Shown in pieces: positions 11,093 to 21,760 of a DNA stretch of 64,000 nucleotides. The notes under the pieces are model-generated. The model had not been told where the DNA came from. It saw only the letters and a list, made by a program, of their open reading frames with translations, and did not search any database. Made by a program: the position numbers and the translations under genes. Numbering within the stretch: position 1 is the first letter of the stretch; every line of letters starts with the position of its first letter. Source of the DNA: a virus (lineage: Duplodnaviria; Caudoviricetes); IMG/VR virus record IMGVR_UViG_3300005841_000939; one strand, 5' to 3'.

Positions 11093-14000
11093 TGGTCACG
11101 TTTCCTCTTACATAGTAATAGTCTGATGGTATTTCCCATCCATCTGCATATGTTTTTATACCACTATTGTACCATGCAGTGTACTTTTCATATAAAGCAG
11201 GAATTGCCCAAATGAAATTGTATCCATCTGAAACACCAAATACCTTACGGTCAGTTGTATTGATGCATTCTGTCTTATCTTTATCTATGGTAATATACAA
11301 TACCGAACCAAATGGTGGAATTTCAGTTGTATATGTCAAATATTTGTTAACTTTGATATTTTTTGTATCAGGTTTCCAATAAACGTAATTTATTTTGAAA
11401 CATTTAGTAAATTCGTCGTTCCAATCACTGACATCCCAACCTGCTTTTTCTCTTTCTTGAATTGATCCAAGATTTGAATGTGTTAAATACCAGTTATATA
11501 AACCGTATGGTGACGTTGTTCTTTCTCCAGTTTCTTTATTCAAGAAGAATGTTAAATCAAGAACCTTATCACCGGAAATATCAACAACATCAATCGGCAT
11601 ATTGATATGCATGTAGAAACTAGTTGGAATTAACTTTTCACCACTAATTGAAGCACCAGTTGAAAATCCAATTTTTTCATATGCAGATACATCAAATACA
11701 CCTACACCATAAGAATTATTATTTGTTGCCCATTCTTCGTCAACAGATACTGAACTGATGCACCAAGTAATATCAGCATTGTATAATGCTTGATTATAGT
11801 CATTATCTTTAATCAAGTGTACAAACTCTGCTGACGGAGCATTTGTTCCAGTAAACAAATTTATACCATCATTTGGTGGAAGAACTGTATTAAATGTTTC
11901 CTTTATGTAAAATTCGCTATTGATCCACCAATTGTAATCGTCAGTGAATGTTGCATATCCTTCCAACACACCAACTAACGATTGTACTTTTTCTGGCAAA
12001 TACCAAACATTATTGATTGTGCAAGTTTCTCTTGTCTTCCATGGTTGTGATGCTTTTACAGGACATATATTGAAATCACAACCATAAGTTGAACCAAATG
12101 GCTTTTCAACCGAATACGCCAAATCAGCATTCAAATCCAAGAAATAACGTGATGTTATTCTACCGTTTAATTGGATGTCCCATTTATTTTGTTCAAGAAT
12201 TTGTAATGTACGATTTTCTGTGAATTGGAAACCTTCAAATGAGTGTGGCGCATAAACACCCAACAAATTTATTTTAACTTGTGGGTTTCTCAAGATTTCC
12301 AGCGATGGTAAACAATAAACGCTACCTTCTTCTAATTTTCCGATTGGAATGAAATAACGCAAAGTGGTTGTTTCTTCTGGTTCCCAATACCAATCCTTAT
12401 TATAATTTTTTACAGCATAAGATGGTAATGTAACATCAAACAATCCAAAAATCATAGTATCAACGCAATATCTGCAAATCAAATCTTTGATTACATCATT
12501 ACTCTTGAATTTTACACCAATTGCTTCTTCTTGTGTCGTCTTATCTCTGTAAATAATAGAAAGAACTTCGTTTGATCCTGTTGCAACTCCAGTTGAACCA
12601 TTAAACGACCAAACATCTTGGTTTGATTGTGGGCAAATTTCTTCCCATACACCAATCAAATGAACATTACCATCTGAATTTAATAATTGACTACATACAT
12701 TATTAGGATATAACATATCCTTTACACGGATCATTTCTGAGAAACTGATTTGTGTTGATCCGCTTAATGCAACAGTATGTGGCAAAATTCTTGCGTCTGA
12801 TGCAATCACACGATTTAATGATGCGTGATTTGTAATGTCATATGAAGTACTTGAATCAACTGGAATCCAATTGATAAATGGTTCATAAACATGCCCCAAC
12901 GGTATGAGAACTTTTGAAATTAAATCTGCATCATCTTTGAATGTGTTTGCAACAAATTGATCATCCAACCAAATATTAAATCTAGTTGAAATTGAATCAG
13001 TTGATACCTTATTGAAAAATACTTTTTCAATTGAATTGTCGTCAATATTTTCAAATTGACTGATGTCATATGAAGTTTGTCCATTATAACTTGGAGTTAT
13101 TTCGTAATCAAAGGTGTTCTTTGTTGTTGGATCATTTTCATCATATGAATTGAATTTCAATAATGTGCTATCTCTTGAATCAAGATAATGTGCCTTAATT
13201 GTTTTCCATTTCTCTTCTGTACGTACTAATGTAATATCAGTATGATCTTTAGGTTCAACAATATATGAAATTAAGCGAACGATTGATGTCTTAACACCAA
13301 ATCCATAAAAACCTTCTTCAATAATTGGAATGTAATTTTCTGCAACATTAACTACATTCCCATCCAATCCATATATTTGCGTGTCATTATTAGTCTGATC
13401 TAATTTAACATTTGTAAATACATCAATGTAATCTTGTGCATCAGTATAATCAACAACAGCAATTGCACCAGGAATATCATTTTTCAACTTAGTCCAAGCA
13501 ACATTTTTTCTGAATTTTACAGAAACCAAATTATCAACAACAGAAACGATAACATCGTAATAACTGTTTTCATCAAATTTAAATGTATGACCAAATTCAT
13601 CAATTATAGTTGTTTCATATACTTGTTTATCCTTTTCATTGAGAAGCGGATTTAAATTTAAGTAACGATAGTAATATGCATAATTTTCTTTTGAATATGT
13701 TACGTTTACTAATTTTATTGTTGATTTATTTCCATCAACAACAACTGCATAATAATCATCAACAGTAGAATATACATCCTTGTTTCTATAAACAGCGCGG
13801 AAAACAATTTCAATACTCTTTGATGGAATTATTGTGTTTTCAGCATAATCACTTGGTTTTGCATATGCCCAGCGAACAGTAATATCCAAATTTTTCCATT
13901 GTACATCACTACTCAAAATACCTGATACACCATTTTTATCTAAGTTTGATTCTTTGTAAACGACAGATAATGTATCTGAACCTTCTAGAAGAGTATTTGG

Positions 14001-16097
14001 AACTATTAAAATTCCTTTTCCTTCTGTATCAGCGATTGTACTTTCAGTATCATTTAATGTGATATACGAATTGGATGGAATGGTTGATTTATTGATGAAT
14101 TTATTGAAATAAATTGTTGATTCAGTTTCTTGAATTTCAAATGCTTCCCAAAGAAGATTCAACTTCTTAAAGAAATTACTACTATAGGTTGATTTTATTT
14201 CAAATGCGTAATTTCCAGGTACTAAGTGATATGTTCCACTTTCAGTTGCACCTTCACCTTGACGAATTTCTATAACACCATATTCACCTGCTTTGGAATA
14301 CAAATTAAATGTTCCAGTGGCAGTTGTTCCAACGGTAATTGTTACATCAGTATTATCACGAATGAATGTAATATCATCAAGACTATCAATATATTTTAAA
14401 TCATTATCTGTATATGGTGTGGTATGCTTGAGACTGAATAAACCAACCGATTCACTTGATGAAATAGTTCCAGTGTTACCAATATCGTATGTAAAGACAT
14501 AATAACCTTCTTTAATTACTCTGATGAACCCACGGGCAACAATGAAGAAATCATTTGTTGTCTTCATTGGGAAATCTGCAACTTGAATCAAATTTCCATT
14601 GGTTATTGATGTTGTATAGTTAACAAAAGGAAGATTATCAACAACAGTTGGACGATTTAATCCCTTAACACCAATAATTTGTGGTGGAACAGTTACACCA
14701 GTTTTCCAATCTGCCCACAAATAATCATCACTGGTATCGCCATTGCCAGAACCTTCGTCAATTTCATCAACGCCATTTGGCAAATAACCAAAAATATTAA
14801 TAACTTGTTGAACATAGCCAGTCGGGGCGCCATAAAACTTATACAAAATTCCATCAATTTCGTTTGAAGCGCCATCCCAACTTGGATTTTTTATGACAGA
14901 AACTCCTGTTTCTGTGCAAGTACCACTTGTACCTGTAGTTCCAGTTGTACAAACTGATTCAACAGTATTTGAACCACAATCTTCCTTATCAGTAATATCT
15001 CTACCATCTGCACGAAGAATCTTGTCTATTTTTGGAATAAAATCATTTACAAAAAATTGCGTGTAGCAAGTATCACTTGCATCTGTTGCATCAGCAGGAT
15101 ATACCAAATGTGAAACATAGTGGTAATTATCAATGACCAATTCATTAATAGTCTTTTCTAAATGACCTAAACTATTATCCCACCCACCAACATTGATTCC
15201 ATTATATTTAAATTTACTTTCAGTATCCTCTATACGAGAAATAAACAAGAATTCATCAACAATTGCTTTTGGAAATTCAACACCAAAATTTTTAGTCCAC
15301 AATTCCTTTAGTGAAATAGTGAAATCATATAATTTGAAAAAAGATTCAATTGCTTCTTGTGAACCATTTTTCTTAAAAAGAATAGCAGTATCAAGAAGGA
15401 ATTGTCTGAAATATTTTACTTCGTCATCTGTTACAGTACCAGCTTCAACACGATCAAAGAAATTATAATCTAAGAAACCTTGAGCAGTTTGTTCAGAATA
15501 ACCAATACGTTGAGCATAGAAACGTTGATGGTTTAATGTATCTGACCAGTATTGCAAAAATTCAGATGGAATCTTATTGAAATCAACTAAATTTACAATG
15601 TCATGTATATCTTTGTAAATTCTATCAAAAAACTGTGCTGAGGTGTAAACAAGTTCTTGGAAACCAACATTATTTTCAACGCTTTCTTTTTGTGGCGCAA
15701 TCATGTGTTGCAAAAACCATGCATAAGTTGTCAAACCAATATTGACAGTCTTTTGAATTGTATTCTTTACTCTATATGTTTTTGAAGAAGTGAAATCAAA
15801 AAATTCTTGTGAATAGATATTCAACGTTACATCATAATCACCAGATAATTCATATGTTTTATCAGGAGAAGGATCAGTTGACAATGTTCCGTCACCAAAT
15901 TTCCATTCATATGTTGAAATAATTGTTTGTAAGGTTGTAATATCTACCGTTAAATTGAGAACATTTCCCAAATTATCAACTAAAACGGTATAACCATCAT
16001 CAACTGGATTACCTGCAACAGATAGATTTTTAAAACCTATTTTTACAGGAGCATAATTGATAGTTGGTTCAAAAGAAAAATCGGCTTTAAAATACAT
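11085..16097 (-). CDS. Baseplate wedge protein (gp7/P2 gpI-like) with PKD, PA14-like and lectin-like domains (1670 aa)
   Basis: YEWKFGDG...TYELSGDYDVTL is a PKD signature. FLQYWSDTLN...FRQFLLDTAILFKKNGSQEAIE is gpI-like. FIVARGFIRVIKEGYYVFT...HLVPGNYAFEI...LNLLW is PA14-like. Lies directly after gp6. Confidence 0.65.
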   Translation of the reverse strand: MYFKADFSFEPTINYAPVKIGFKNLSVAGNPVDDGYTVLVDNLGNVLNLTVDITTLQTIISTYEWKFGDGTLSTDPSPDKTYELSGDYDVTLNIYSQEFFDFTSSKTYRVKNTIQKTVNIGLTTYAWFLQHMIAPQKESVENNVGFQELVYTSAQFFDRIYKDIHDIVNLVDFNKIPSEFLQYWSDTLNHQRFYAQRIGYSEQTAQGFLDYNFFDRVEAGTVTDDEVKYFRQFLLDTAILFKKNGSQEAIESFFKLYDFTISLKELWTKNFGVEFPKAIVDEFLFISRIEDTESKFKYNGINVGGWDNSLGHLEKTINELVIDNYHYVSHLVYPADATDASDTCYTQFFVNDFIPKIDKILRADGRDITDKEDCGSNTVESVCTTGTTGTSGTCTETGVSVIKNPSWDGASNEIDGILYKFYGAPTGYVQQVINIFGYLPNGVDEIDEGSGNGDTSDDYLWADWKTGVTVPPQIIGVKGLNRPTVVDNLPFVNYTTSITNGNLIQVADFPMKTTNDFFIVARGFIRVIKEGYYVFTYDIGNTGTISSSESVGLFSLKHTTPYTDNDLKYIDSLDDITFIRDNTDVTITVGTTATGTFNLYSKAGEYGVIEIRQGEGATESGTYHLVPGNYAFEIKSTYSSNFFKKLNLLWEAFEIQETESTIYFNKFINKSTIPSNSYITLNDTESTIADTEGKGILIVPNTLLEGSDTLSVVYKESNLDKNGVSGILSSDVQWKNLDITVRWAYAKPSDYAENTIIPSKSIEIVFRAVYRNKDVYSTVDDYYAVVVDGNKSTIKLVNVTYSKENYAYYYRYLNLNPLLNEKDKQVYETTIIDEFGHTFKFDENSYYDVIVSVVDNLVSVKFRKNVAWTKLKNDIPGAIAVVDYTDAQDYIDVFTNVKLDQTNNDTQIYGLDGNVVNVAENYIPIIEEGFYGFGVKTSIVRLISYIVEPKDHTDITLVRTEEKWKTIKAHYLDSRDSTLLKFNSYDENDPTTKNTFDYEITPSYNGQTSYDISQFENIDDNSIEKVFFNKVSTDSISTRFNIWLDDQFVANTFKDDADLISKVLIPLGHVYEPFINWIPVDSSTSYDITNHASLNRVIASDARILPHTVALSGSTQISFSEMIRVKDMLYPNNVCSQLLNSDGNVHLIGVWEEICPQSNQDVWSFNGSTGVATGSNEVLSIIYRDKTTQEEAIGVKFKSNDVIKDLICRYCVDTMIFGLFDVTLPSYAVKNYNKDWYWEPEETTTLRYFIPIGKLEEGSVYCLPSLEILRNPQVKINLLGVYAPHSFEGFQFTENRTLQILEQNKWDIQLNGRITSRYFLDLNADLAYSVEKPFGSTYGCDFNICPVKASQPWKTRETCTINNVWYLPEKVQSLVGVLEGYATFTDDYNWWINSEFYIKETFNTVLPPNDGINLFTGTNAPSAEFVHLIKDNDYNQALYNADITWCISSVSVDEEWATNNNSYGVGVFDVSAYEKIGFSTGASISGEKLIPTSFYMHINMPIDVVDISGDKVLDLTFFLNKETGERTTSPYGLYNWYLTHSNLGSIQEREKAGWDVSDWNDEFTKCFKINYVYWKPDTKNIKVNKYLTYTTEIPPFGSVLYITIDKDKTECINTTDRKVFGVSDGYNFIWAIPALYEKYTAWYNSGIKTYADGWEIPSDYYYVRGNVTNE

Positions 16098-16104
16098 AAT
16101 CCGT

Positions 16105-19100
16105 TTATGCCTCTAATTCTATAATGATATTACCTTTTGTTGGGAACTCAAAACGACTCAAAACAATATCGCCTGTAAATTGGAATTCTTTAACATTGGT
16201 TGTTGGATTTCTAATATCAAATAATGGTTCAATGATAGTAAACAATGATGGATCCTTAGCAAGTAATTCAAGAACTTTCTTGCGCTTTACTTGTTGAACG
16301 GTTTCAACACCAGTTACAACAGCATCAGTAACATAATCGGATGTTGATAATCCAATATTTCTATTCATTGCAATTTGAGCAGTTTGAACACCAGCAAGAT
16401 TTAAAATTGTTTTTTCCAATTCACCATAATGTAGTGTTTCACCCAATTCATGAGAATCCGCAAGGAAATAATCATTGATCGCTTTATTTATTGCAGTCTT
16501 GATAGATTCTCCACTTGCGTTTTTCAATTTCTTGAAACGAACACGAACGTCAATAGGAACATATTTTGCTGTGAAAATTTGATGTTCAACTGTTGCCATT
16601 GCCTTGAAATTATTATTCAATGTATCTAACATCCAATCAGTTTGTTGCTTTGTTAAATAATTTCCATAACGTGGCAATCCTATAATGAAAATATAATTGA
16701 AGAAATACTTTGTCAACTCATCAGCAGAAATAAATCCACTCTCAGCAATTTCCTTATATGATAATACTTGAGTTTTTATCAAATAATCTGAAAACATTTG
16801 ATTACAGAAAGATGCATAATCATCAAGAGAAACCACACGGTCTTGACGAAGATTTGCACTACCAGCATTTGCACGCAATTCTTCAACTGTTTCAATGTTT
16901 GCACCACTAAATGCATTTGTTGGTTGTTGAATTGAAAGAATCTCTTCTGTTATTTGTGTTCCTTCACTATCGTAAATTGTACCAACTTGGATTTGCGCAC
17001 CTGAAGCAAAATATGCATCCTTTTTCAATCCAACTAATTGAATAAATTGATCTTCAAAATTAATGGTAATGTCATCATCACCAAGAATATTTTCTGAAAT
17101 GACGATTGTATCGGATAAAGTATTTGGAGGAATATTTCCATCAATTCCAACAGTTCTCAAACCAAAAATAATTATTTCTTTTCCAACTGGATCAGTACCA
17201 TATGTTACGCCATCACCAAACCAAATTTCAATTTTCTTATATTCATTTACACGAACGAAGAATACCTTAGATCCTGGTTTTGTATCAATAGTTGCCGCAA
17301 GATTACTTGCATTATCCCATTCTTCCCAATCACCATCAGGATCCTTCAAGAAAATTCTCAAATCAGAATAAGAAACATCATCTAAATCAAGATAGAATTT
17401 TATTTCGTTGATAGATGTTCTATCAGCAGTAAATGCAGCACTTAAATAATTATTTGCTACATCAATAGCACCATTTTGATTAATATATGACAACTTAATG
17501 TCACCTTGTCTCAATGAATCTATTGAAAATGTTTCTGGAACATTTGAATAACGAATACCGGGCAATGTACCATCGTTACTGATTTGACCTGCAAAATTAA
17601 TTGTTCCGTGCTTTTGATAAATGTATTCAGATGAAAAATCGGCGAACCAATCTGCTACAACTTGTCCTTCAAAACCAGTTTCTATATTCAATGTAAAACC
17701 AGTATTTGTTTTATCAGTGTACCATGAATTGATATTTTGATTTGTTACAATATGTAAACCATAATTAGCATCTTGGAAAGCAGTATCAAAAGTAATTTGT
17801 CTAGTAACGACATCACCTGAAAGAGTAACAGTACCCTTCTTTTGTGTTGATGTTGTTGCTTCATCTTGTACCGCTTGATCACCAGAAAACACGAAAGTTG
17901 AATATGAAACTGTTCCTGTGAATGAACGCTCAGTATTTACTTTGAAACCTTTACTTGTTTTATCTGTATACCAAACACGAACATTGTCAGATGGAGTCAA
18001 GAAAACAGTATAATCAACTGGTTCGCCTGCAATTTCTGGAATTTCTGTATCAAAAGAAACATCAAATGTTCTTACAGCATCTTCTTTAAAACGAGTTGCA
18101 ATCCAATTGACATTACCATCAAAACCTGTGTTTGCTTCAACATTGATTGTGAAACCTTTTTCACTCTTTGAAGAAAACCATATTTGAACATTTTGGTCGG
18201 GAGTTAATTCTAAAATATATTCAATAACTTCATTTGGTGCTGATGTTGTGAACGGAGTATCAAAAGAAACATAAACACTATTGATACCATCAACGAATTT
18301 AACGTAACCACTTTTTTGTTCAGTTGTTGTGTAATCTATTTTTGGAATTACTTGGAAATTACCAAAACGTTGACCTGGATCTTTTGATAAAGCTTTAATA
18401 TCTGTATCAGGATCAACATAATTAGGATAAATTTTTGCAATTGTTACTTCGTTATATCCAGGTTCTTTTGATGTAACATTCAAAACAGCATCATAATTGG
18501 TACCAGGAGAATCTGGTGTTACAATTTGTAAATTGATGTTGAAAACTGGTTGTGTAACATCCCATGTGTTTACATCAAATACTTGTGATGAAACTTCACC
18601 GGAATAGAAAGAATAAACTTGACCTTCTACAAGAGCATTAAAAGGTGGTTTATCACCATCTTGATTAATTATCAAGTGAATTTGTTTTATACCATTTGCA
18701 GTTGATTCCAACTTATCATATGAAAATTGAACACTGTCCAAATTTTCCATACCAAGAACACCAACATAAAATCTTCCTAAACTATTATTTTGAACTTCTT
18801 CAAGAACATAAAAATCACCTGAAGAATCTGTTGGCTTCAATTGTAAAGTTGTAATAATATCATCTTGACGTTGTTGTGCTGAATCGGGATCAGCAATGAC
18901 ACTTAATGATGGCTTGCTTGTTTGCTTATCATAATTAAATAATACAAAGTAATTTGTACTTGGAACTACAGAAAATGAAACTGGATTTGTTGTAATTGTT
19001 CTATTAAATGGTTGACCAACAGAAGAAGCGTCAGAAGGATCAAACATCGGAACATTGTTAGTATCAAATCCTTTAAAGTTTGTTGGATCTAAACGATCCA

Positions 19101-19713
19101 AAACAGATAATGGTTTTGTATCAGACAATGTTAAAGAAATTTTCTGTGGATCAAAAGTTGGTGTTGCACTTGCACCGGATGTTCCACTTGTCCAAAAAGA
19201 AACTGGTTTTGTTAATGGCAATTGATTTCCATCGTAAGCAAAATCATTTTGTGTAACAGTACGTGTTCCATAACCTTTAATCAAATAAAGGATTTGATTT
19301 GTGTTGGTGAAAACAAAGTTTTGGTTTGATGGTGTTGCTTTTTGTGATGGAAATTGAGAATATGCAGGAATTTCAAAGAAAGCGTTTTCTTTACCAAAGC
19401 AATATTCGGGAGATAATGAACCAACCGCGGAAAGAGTTGCAGCAACATCACCTCTAGGATTGTATGCCAAAAGACGTGCAATTCTATTCAAATTTTTCCA
19501 ACGCTTTGCACTTGGCAAGAAGACTTCATTTGCAACTGAATTTGCATAATAACCAAATAGAGAACCTAAATAGGCTTCAAGGTCTACCCAATTACTGATA
19601 TTTGATTGAGCAAAGTCTACATCTTTATAAGTTTTGGTTTCTCTAAGATATTGAATCAATTCATTACGAAGCGCATCATAATCAATTGCAGTGTAATTAA
19701 TATTGATGGGCAT
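16105..19713 (-). CDS. gp6: Baseplate wedge subunit gp6-like with large insertions (1202 aa)
   Basis: N-terminus DYDALRNELIQYL...DFAQSN...LEAYLG...YANSVANEVFLPSA...ARLLAYNPR. Also IWFGDGVTYG, GGxxxE-type SGANIETVEELR and QDRVVSLDDY motifs. Confidence 0.9.
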   Translation of the reverse strand: MPININYTAIDYDALRNELIQYLRETKTYKDVDFAQSNISNWVDLEAYLGSLFGYYANSVANEVFLPSAKRWKNLNRIARLLAYNPRGDVAATLSAVGSLSPEYCFGKENAFFEIPAYSQFPSQKATPSNQNFVFTNTNQILYLIKGYGTRTVTQNDFAYDGNQLPLTKPVSFWTSGTSGASATPTFDPQKISLTLSDTKPLSVLDRLDPTNFKGFDTNNVPMFDPSDASSVGQPFNRTITTNPVSFSVVPSTNYFVLFNYDKQTSKPSLSVIADPDSAQQRQDDIITTLQLKPTDSSGDFYVLEEVQNNSLGRFYVGVLGMENLDSVQFSYDKLESTANGIKQIHLIINQDGDKPPFNALVEGQVYSFYSGEVSSQVFDVNTWDVTQPVFNINLQIVTPDSPGTNYDAVLNVTSKEPGYNEVTIAKIYPNYVDPDTDIKALSKDPGQRFGNFQVIPKIDYTTTEQKSGYVKFVDGINSVYVSFDTPFTTSAPNEVIEYILELTPDQNVQIWFSSKSEKGFTINVEANTGFDGNVNWIATRFKEDAVRTFDVSFDTEIPEIAGEPVDYTVFLTPSDNVRVWYTDKTSKGFKVNTERSFTGTVSYSTFVFSGDQAVQDEATTSTQKKGTVTLSGDVVTRQITFDTAFQDANYGLHIVTNQNINSWYTDKTNTGFTLNIETGFEGQVVADWFADFSSEYIYQKHGTINFAGQISNDGTLPGIRYSNVPETFSIDSLRQGDIKLSYINQNGAIDVANNYLSAAFTADRTSINEIKFYLDLDDVSYSDLRIFLKDPDGDWEEWDNASNLAATIDTKPGSKVFFVRVNEYKKIEIWFGDGVTYGTDPVGKEIIIFGLRTVGIDGNIPPNTLSDTIVISENILGDDDITINFEDQFIQLVGLKKDAYFASGAQIQVGTIYDSEGTQITEEILSIQQPTNAFSGANIETVEELRANAGSANLRQDRVVSLDDYASFCNQMFSDYLIKTQVLSYKEIAESGFISADELTKYFFNYIFIIGLPRYGNYLTKQQTDWMLDTLNNNFKAMATVEHQIFTAKYVPIDVRVRFKKLKNASGESIKTAINKAINDYFLADSHELGETLHYGELEKTILNLAGVQTAQIAMNRNIGLSTSDYVTDAVVTGVETVQQVKRKKVLELLAKDPSLFTIIEPLFDIRNPTTNVKEFQFTGDIVLSRFEFPTKGNIIIELEA

Positions 19714-19714
19714 C

Positions 19715-20098
19715 TTATAATTTCTCCAAAGAAACGCTTACTGAATCAACTTGTTGTGTATTGGCTATTTGATAGATTACTTGAACGTCATAAGATGTAG
19801 AATCTGAATCCATAACAACATTTATACTGATAATTGTTATTCTAGTTTCCCAATTCTTCAAACTTTCTTCTGCATCTGTTCCTATACGTGTAGCAGTGGT
19901 TTCATCAAATGGTTCAAAGAGGAATGTTTTAATTTTTGATCCATAATCAGGCATGAAGATTCTTGTTCCCTTAGGAGTATTCAAAATCATATAAATGGAT
20001 TGTTTGATACTATCTATGTTTTGGATAGAACTCAAATCGCCAGATGAGTTTACATCAGGATTTATAGGTAAGTCTTGATAATAAATCTGCGTAGCCAT
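19715..20098 (-). CDS. gp25: Baseplate wedge subunit gp25 (GPW/gp25 family)
   Basis: SIKQSIYMILNTPKGTRIFMPDYGS...LFEP...LKNWETRITI; sits between gp5 and gp6. Confidence 0.93.
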   Translation of the reverse strand: MATQIYYQDLPINPDVNSSGDLSSIQNIDSIKQSIYMILNTPKGTRIFMPDYGSKIKTFLFEPFDETTATRIGTDAEESLKNWETRITIISINVVMDSDSTSYDVQVIYQIANTQQVDSVSVSLEKL

Positions 20099-20104
20099 AA
20101 CGCA

Positions 20105-20112
20105 TATTTATA
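20105..20112 (-). promoter_or_regulatory. T4-type late promoter TATAAATA upstream of gp25
   Basis: Exact motif on the minus strand, ending 6 nt before the ATG. Confidence 0.75.
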
Positions 20113-20131
20113 TGTTTTTGCATCAAATATA

Positions 20132-21745
20132 TTACTTTGTTGGTATTGTTGGTAATTTTGTATTACCCGGGATCTTCAATTCAGTCTTTGTTAAGTTTGG
20201 AATATCAACATTCTTTACAGTTGGTTTGGCTGGCGTTGGTGCAGCACCCGCAGTTGCTGTTTTTGCTGGACGACCGGTACCAGTTGCAACTCCAGGAAGA
20301 ACAATTAATCCATGCGCCGTTAATGGCGCACCCAAATCTGCTGGGCCTCTATTTCTTATAAATCCACCACAATCAATACCAAGTACGGCATAACTTATTT
20401 GCGAAACAATACAATTTCCAGTAATATTCATATCACCACGAACATAAGCAGCACCAACAACGCTTAAATCACCATTTATTTTTACATTTCCAGTCACGTC
20501 AATCTCAGATGCTGCCATTTTAACTTTTCCAGCGGCAATCAAATTAACATCTTTGCCAGCATTAACACTTACGTCACCTACAGCGTTAACATCAGTTGAG
20601 CCTTTAACAGTTGCTGCAAGATTTCCATCAACCATTAATGAAACATTTTTTGTAACTTTAGCATTCATGTTTCCATGGCAATTAACATTAACATTTTGTT
20701 GAATTTCTGCATTTAATGCACCCTTTTCAACAATTACATCAACATCACCCTCACGTACAACAATTCCAACATTTTTCTTGGCATCAATTTGAACATTACT
20801 ATCACATTGAATGAAAATATCACCTATAGGATATAATTTATATTTACCTGCGATATAGATTTCATAATCACCTTCTATACCTACTTCTTGATTTGTTCCA
20901 GTTGATCCATTTTTACCATTAAATTCTTTTTTATTTCCAGCTTCATCAATAAAATCAATGTGATTTTTATGAATGACATAAATTCGTTCTTTACCATTTC
21001 TATTATCAATGACTACAGTTGTACCTTGAGCACTTGTTGTAGTTGTAATATCTCTATTACTATCACTTTGCGTAATTTCTGGAATGTTTATGACAGGTTT
21101 ATCAATTCTAGGATTTACAACCGCTGAACTTGCCCAAGAATCGGGAAGAGGTATTGCTACATCTCTAGGATTAAACTCCGTTCTAAACTTTTTGATCGCT
21201 TGGATTTTCTCTTCAATGATGACTGTTCTCTGTGATTTAGTTGTAGACCAGTCGCGTTCCATTGGTGCCATAGCAAAATAATATGGCTCCATGTGGTTGC
21301 CACCATCAAAGAATAAGAAAACCCAATTACCACGCTTTGGAACAACAAATTGGCCGCCAGTACCACATGCATTTCCAAACGGATCAATGCTTTCAGCAGC
21401 AAATTTTGTAGGATCAATTGTTGGATATTTTGATGCTGTGAAATCTGTACCAGCAACAGTACTACTGCTTCCAGGATCATATCTATCACCAGGGACATCT
21501 GGTGTTGAATTTATGTGATCAATATTGTTGTTGTTATAACCACCGGACCAAGATAATCCTAAAGCAGGTTTAGCCCATGGCAATTGTATTACGGGTGTTT
21601 TACTTCCATTTGTATCATGCACACCAAAAACTCTAACTTGAACTCTACCAGCATCTAATGGATCAGCATTGTTTTCAACAATACCACGATAAATCCCATC
21701 AAGAGAATAAGAAGGTTTTTCAAAATTATTTGGATTAATCGGCAT
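20132..21745 (-). CDS. gp5: Baseplate hub/central spike gp5-like: OB-fold plus beta-helix, no lysozyme domain evident
   Basis: YRGIVENNADPLDAGRVQVRVFGVH...LPWA...VPKRGNWVFLFF is the gp5 OB-fold; followed by V-x-G-N/D octamer repeats. Confidence 0.9.
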   Translation of the reverse strand: MPINPNNFEKPSYSLDGIYRGIVENNADPLDAGRVQVRVFGVHDTNGSKTPVIQLPWAKPALGLSWSGGYNNNNIDHINSTPDVPGDRYDPGSSSTVAGTDFTASKYPTIDPTKFAAESIDPFGNACGTGGQFVVPKRGNWVFLFFDGGNHMEPYYFAMAPMERDWSTTKSQRTVIIEEKIQAIKKFRTEFNPRDVAIPLPDSWASSAVVNPRIDKPVINIPEITQSDSNRDITTTTSAQGTTVVIDNRNGKERIYVIHKNHIDFIDEAGNKKEFNGKNGSTGTNQEVGIEGDYEIYIAGKYKLYPIGDIFIQCDSNVQIDAKKNVGIVVREGDVDVIVEKGALNAEIQQNVNVNCHGNMNAKVTKNVSLMVDGNLAATVKGSTDVNAVGDVSVNAGKDVNLIAAGKVKMAASEIDVTGNVKINGDLSVVGAAYVRGDMNITGNCIVSQISYAVLGIDCGGFIRNRGPADLGAPLTAHGLIVLPGVATGTGRPAKTATAGAAPTPAKPTVKNVDIPNLTKTELKIPGNTKLPTIPTK

Positions 21746-21752
21746 ATTATTT

Positions 21753-21760
21753 CATTTATA
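21753..21760 (-). promoter_or_regulatory. Late promoter variant TATAAATG upstream of gp5
   Basis: One mismatch to TATAAATA, at the same distance from the ATG as the gp25 and gp14 promoters. Confidence 0.5.
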
